DNA of 64,000 bases from the human T2T-CHM13v2.0 reference genome, Homo sapiens. Positions 61,190 through 64,000 of the stretch are shown one piece after another. Within the stretch, counting starts at the first letter, position 1; the number at the start of each line of letters is the position of its first letter. Below the pieces are notes generated by a model. That model did not search any database, was not told where the DNA came from, and worked only from the letters and a program-made list of their open reading frames with translations. Both the position numbers and the translations under genes were made by a program. The stretch is taken from NCBI RefSeq assembly GCF_009914755.1, contig NC_060926.1; one strand, 5' to 3'.

Positions 61190-62690
61190 TGACACTTCTT
61201 GGAACAGAGATGAACTATAACTACCAGGCCCAAATTGCAGATTTGCTAGCAAAAAAAACAAAAACAAAACAAAAAACATTGCCATTGTTTTAAGCCACCA
61301 CATTTTGGGATAATTTGTTATGTACCCATAGTAATAGTGACAGTCACAGAAAATATTAACTCCATACTTAGAATCATGATTTTAGCACAATAGGTTGGAT
61401 CATGCTAATATACATGTATGCATGTATATGCTTGTATGCATAAATGTGAATACATACATGTGGACACCCTGAACATGGCACTAGCAGAGCTCATGACAAG
61501 GAATCATAAGCATATACCTCGCCTGCCTGCTCTATTCCCTCCCTACCTCCCCGCATTTCAGAGACACTTCCAGAGGAGTCAAGGAGTAGTGACCAATTTG
61601 CATGTGATTGTTCAGACAGTTATTCTTACAGTGAACAGTGGCAGCTATGGCTCCTATCCACTAAGTCTGCTTTTTCATGTCCCTTTTTCTTGTTCCTCTG
61701 GAGAGCTCTTCCTGCACTCCATGTCGTCCCCAGGAGCTATCAATTCTAATGCCCTGTTGTCCATCATTAACAGCACTTCCATAGAATGCACTGGATCACT
61801 CAGGCGGGCAATTCAGTTCCCCACTTGCATCCTAGAGATTGGTTCAAGGATGGGCATGTTACTCAACCAAGGCGGCCCATTTGCATGTAAGCTGAGATTG
61901 ATAGCTGGATTCCGGAAAAGAGATGTCTTCTGTGGATGACTGATTAGTCCCAGCTCTTTACTCTTCCTTCTATCTACACTCTTTGGCCTGTAACTTTGCA
62001 GTTCTTCCAATTAAAATGTAAGACATATCTCCTTGCCCCTTGGCTTTGGACTGGGCTACATGGCTTATTTGGTCAATGGGATATTAGTAAACATAATGTG
62101 AGCAAGGGCTTGAAATTTGCTTGTGCTTTGGGATTTGTACCTCTGCTTTTGACTTGAGAAAAGCTTCCTCAGGGGAGCTTTATTCCTTCATCGTTGGCCC
62201 AAGAATGAACACAAATGGAGCAAAGCTACTCTGGCTGCCTTAGAATGAAGTAAAGCCTCCCTACAGTCAACCTTCGAATTGATTAAATAAATTCTTCCTA
62301 TACTATTGAGATTTTGTGGTTGTTACCTAGCATTTCTGAAAAACAATGAGTAACATACACTTTCTTTCTGTGCAGCTGCTAAGCCAGAGAAAACGTAAAT
62401 TCAAGTTACAGTGTCTGTCTTGTGGAGACAGCTCAGATGACAATAAGGCTAGGTAGAGGTTAGCAGAGTCACGAGATAGAGAGAAAAACAAATCCATTTT
62501 GTTTGGCCCACGGACCCAGCTGCCTAAAGCGGTTGAATCTTCCTTTGTAGCTTCCAGTTACAGGGGTAACAAATCCCTTTTAAAATTAGTTATTTATTTA
62601 TTTACTTATTTAACTTCCTTGAGGTCAGTTTGAATACAGCTTCTGTCACTTGATACAAGAATAGCCTAGACTAATGTGTCGTGTAAACCA
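61190..62690 (+). mobile_element. Cluster of nested MLT1 LTR fragments
   Basis: Three MLT1-like 3' ends (tgttttaagccac...gggataatttgttatg; tattgagattttgtggttgttacctagc; cttctgtcacttg...gactaatg). Confidence 0.7.
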
Positions 62691-64000
62691 TCTCTGATGC
62701 CTTCCCTGCCTCTAGATTGCACTCTTCGCTGCTACCCACAGAGCCGTTTCTGGCACCTGAATAACTGGCTTTCAGCCAGATACTGTGTTGGAGGGTATAA
62801 AAGATTTTCCACTTGAAGTTTTCTCTATGAATTGTCCCATCGGCCCACCCTTCCTCCTGCACAGGCTGCAACAGAGCGGGGCCTACAGAGGACATGGCTT
62901 GGTTTCCATCAGCTGTGGCAGGGTTTCGCTGTCATTTGAAAAGACTAACTAGATTTTGACTCTCTTCGGGGTCTTGGAAGGACAGGAAGCTGTGGTTGAA
63001 TGCAGGAGACTTCAGCTTTCTCTTTCTTCCTAGGGGCGGGCAGTATCTAGCCAAATTTGGTGCATGGGGTTGGTAGCTTCATGCTTGAGTTATAGGTTCT
63101 AATCCTAGAAGGTTGATTTATGTCCCAATGATACAAGATTCACGCCAGAAATAGAGACCCCCCACCCCCACCATATGTATACATATGTATTTTTCTGCTG
63201 TTTCCCAGCTCTTGGGGTATTTCAGAAATGTAAGCCGTAAGATACTGTGAATATGTCCTACTCTGTGTGAATAGCATGTGAATGCCTGAAGGGCTCCATT
63301 TTTCTTACCAGTGTGTGAGATCCTAGTTTTGTGTCTTTCTCAGGTTATTCTCTTCTTGCAAGTCTCTTCCCGCTCCCCGCTCTTCCATCACAGGGCTTCT
63401 ATCCTACAACTCGCCAGCAAGAGCAAAAAAACGGCACCTCATGCACACACATTTGCTTGATAAGAAATTGGAGGAGGTTGAATCGCCATGGTGAACAAAG
63501 GCCCCGGGCTCCTGCCAGCATGTGGGGCCAGACCTAGAAATCAAACATGACGTCCCTTCCGTGGCAGCCACTCCACATGCTAATGACAGGTCCAGTGGGC
63601 TTGTGTTCTTTCAATTTTAATTATGAAGCAGAAGTGTAAAAAGATCGTGTGGCAGGGAACGCTGTGGAGCTTGACAAGGTATTTTATCAACATATTATTA
63701 TATTCAGAATTAGGCAAGCCCAGAGGATGGTGCAGGGCTCTGAAACCAGCCGAGGTCTTGGCAGACCCACTGTTTCCTCACCTGTGGGAGTGGCTTCAGG
63801 GACAGAGGCTTAACCACCCTGAACATGAGTCTCCTCAGGCCTGGGAATTCAGGTCAAGAGTGTTGACAGAAGGTGTCATAGTCCCCTGTGGAATCCTTCA
63901 GTGTGGATTTGGTTTTCTTCCTGAACATCCACACTCATGGCCACGTGAGGGATGTGGTCCCATCAAAGTCGTGTTGTGAAGCGACCTGTTAACAAGCTCC

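Noticed and set aside
61418-61939. 173-aa ORF
   Set aside because: Begins in low-complexity sequence and overlaps MLT1 fragments; no homology recognised

Overview
This is primate (human-like) non-coding genomic DNA, intronic or intergenic. I could not identify the host gene or locus, and no cellular protein-coding exon is recognisable. The window is dense in interspersed repeats: ten Alu dimers, two Alu monomers, L1, L2, CR1/L3, MIR, solo LTRs (LTR7/HERV-H, THE1, MLT1, LTR16/33-like, MER4-group) and DNA-transposon fossils (MER3, MER30, MER46, MER58). The only long homologous ORF is an internal L1 ORF2 fragment. No new multi-gene system is supported. The most unusual signals are structural. 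(1) A 157-bp-arm, 98%-identical inverted repeat at 32118-32464 in sequence I do not recognise as a repeat, with junctions that read as a two-step template switch. (2) A ~180-bp locally templated insertion flanked by 23-bp direct repeats at 46675-46899, which preserves the empty site of a later Alu insertion. (3) An 866-bp internal L1 ORF2 piece with no 3'UTR, poly(A) or TSD. (4) A 5S-rRNA-derived, AmnSINE1-like relic. (5) Several candidate non-coding exons. Repeat subfamily names come from recalled consensus sequences, and boundaries of old repeats are approximate.
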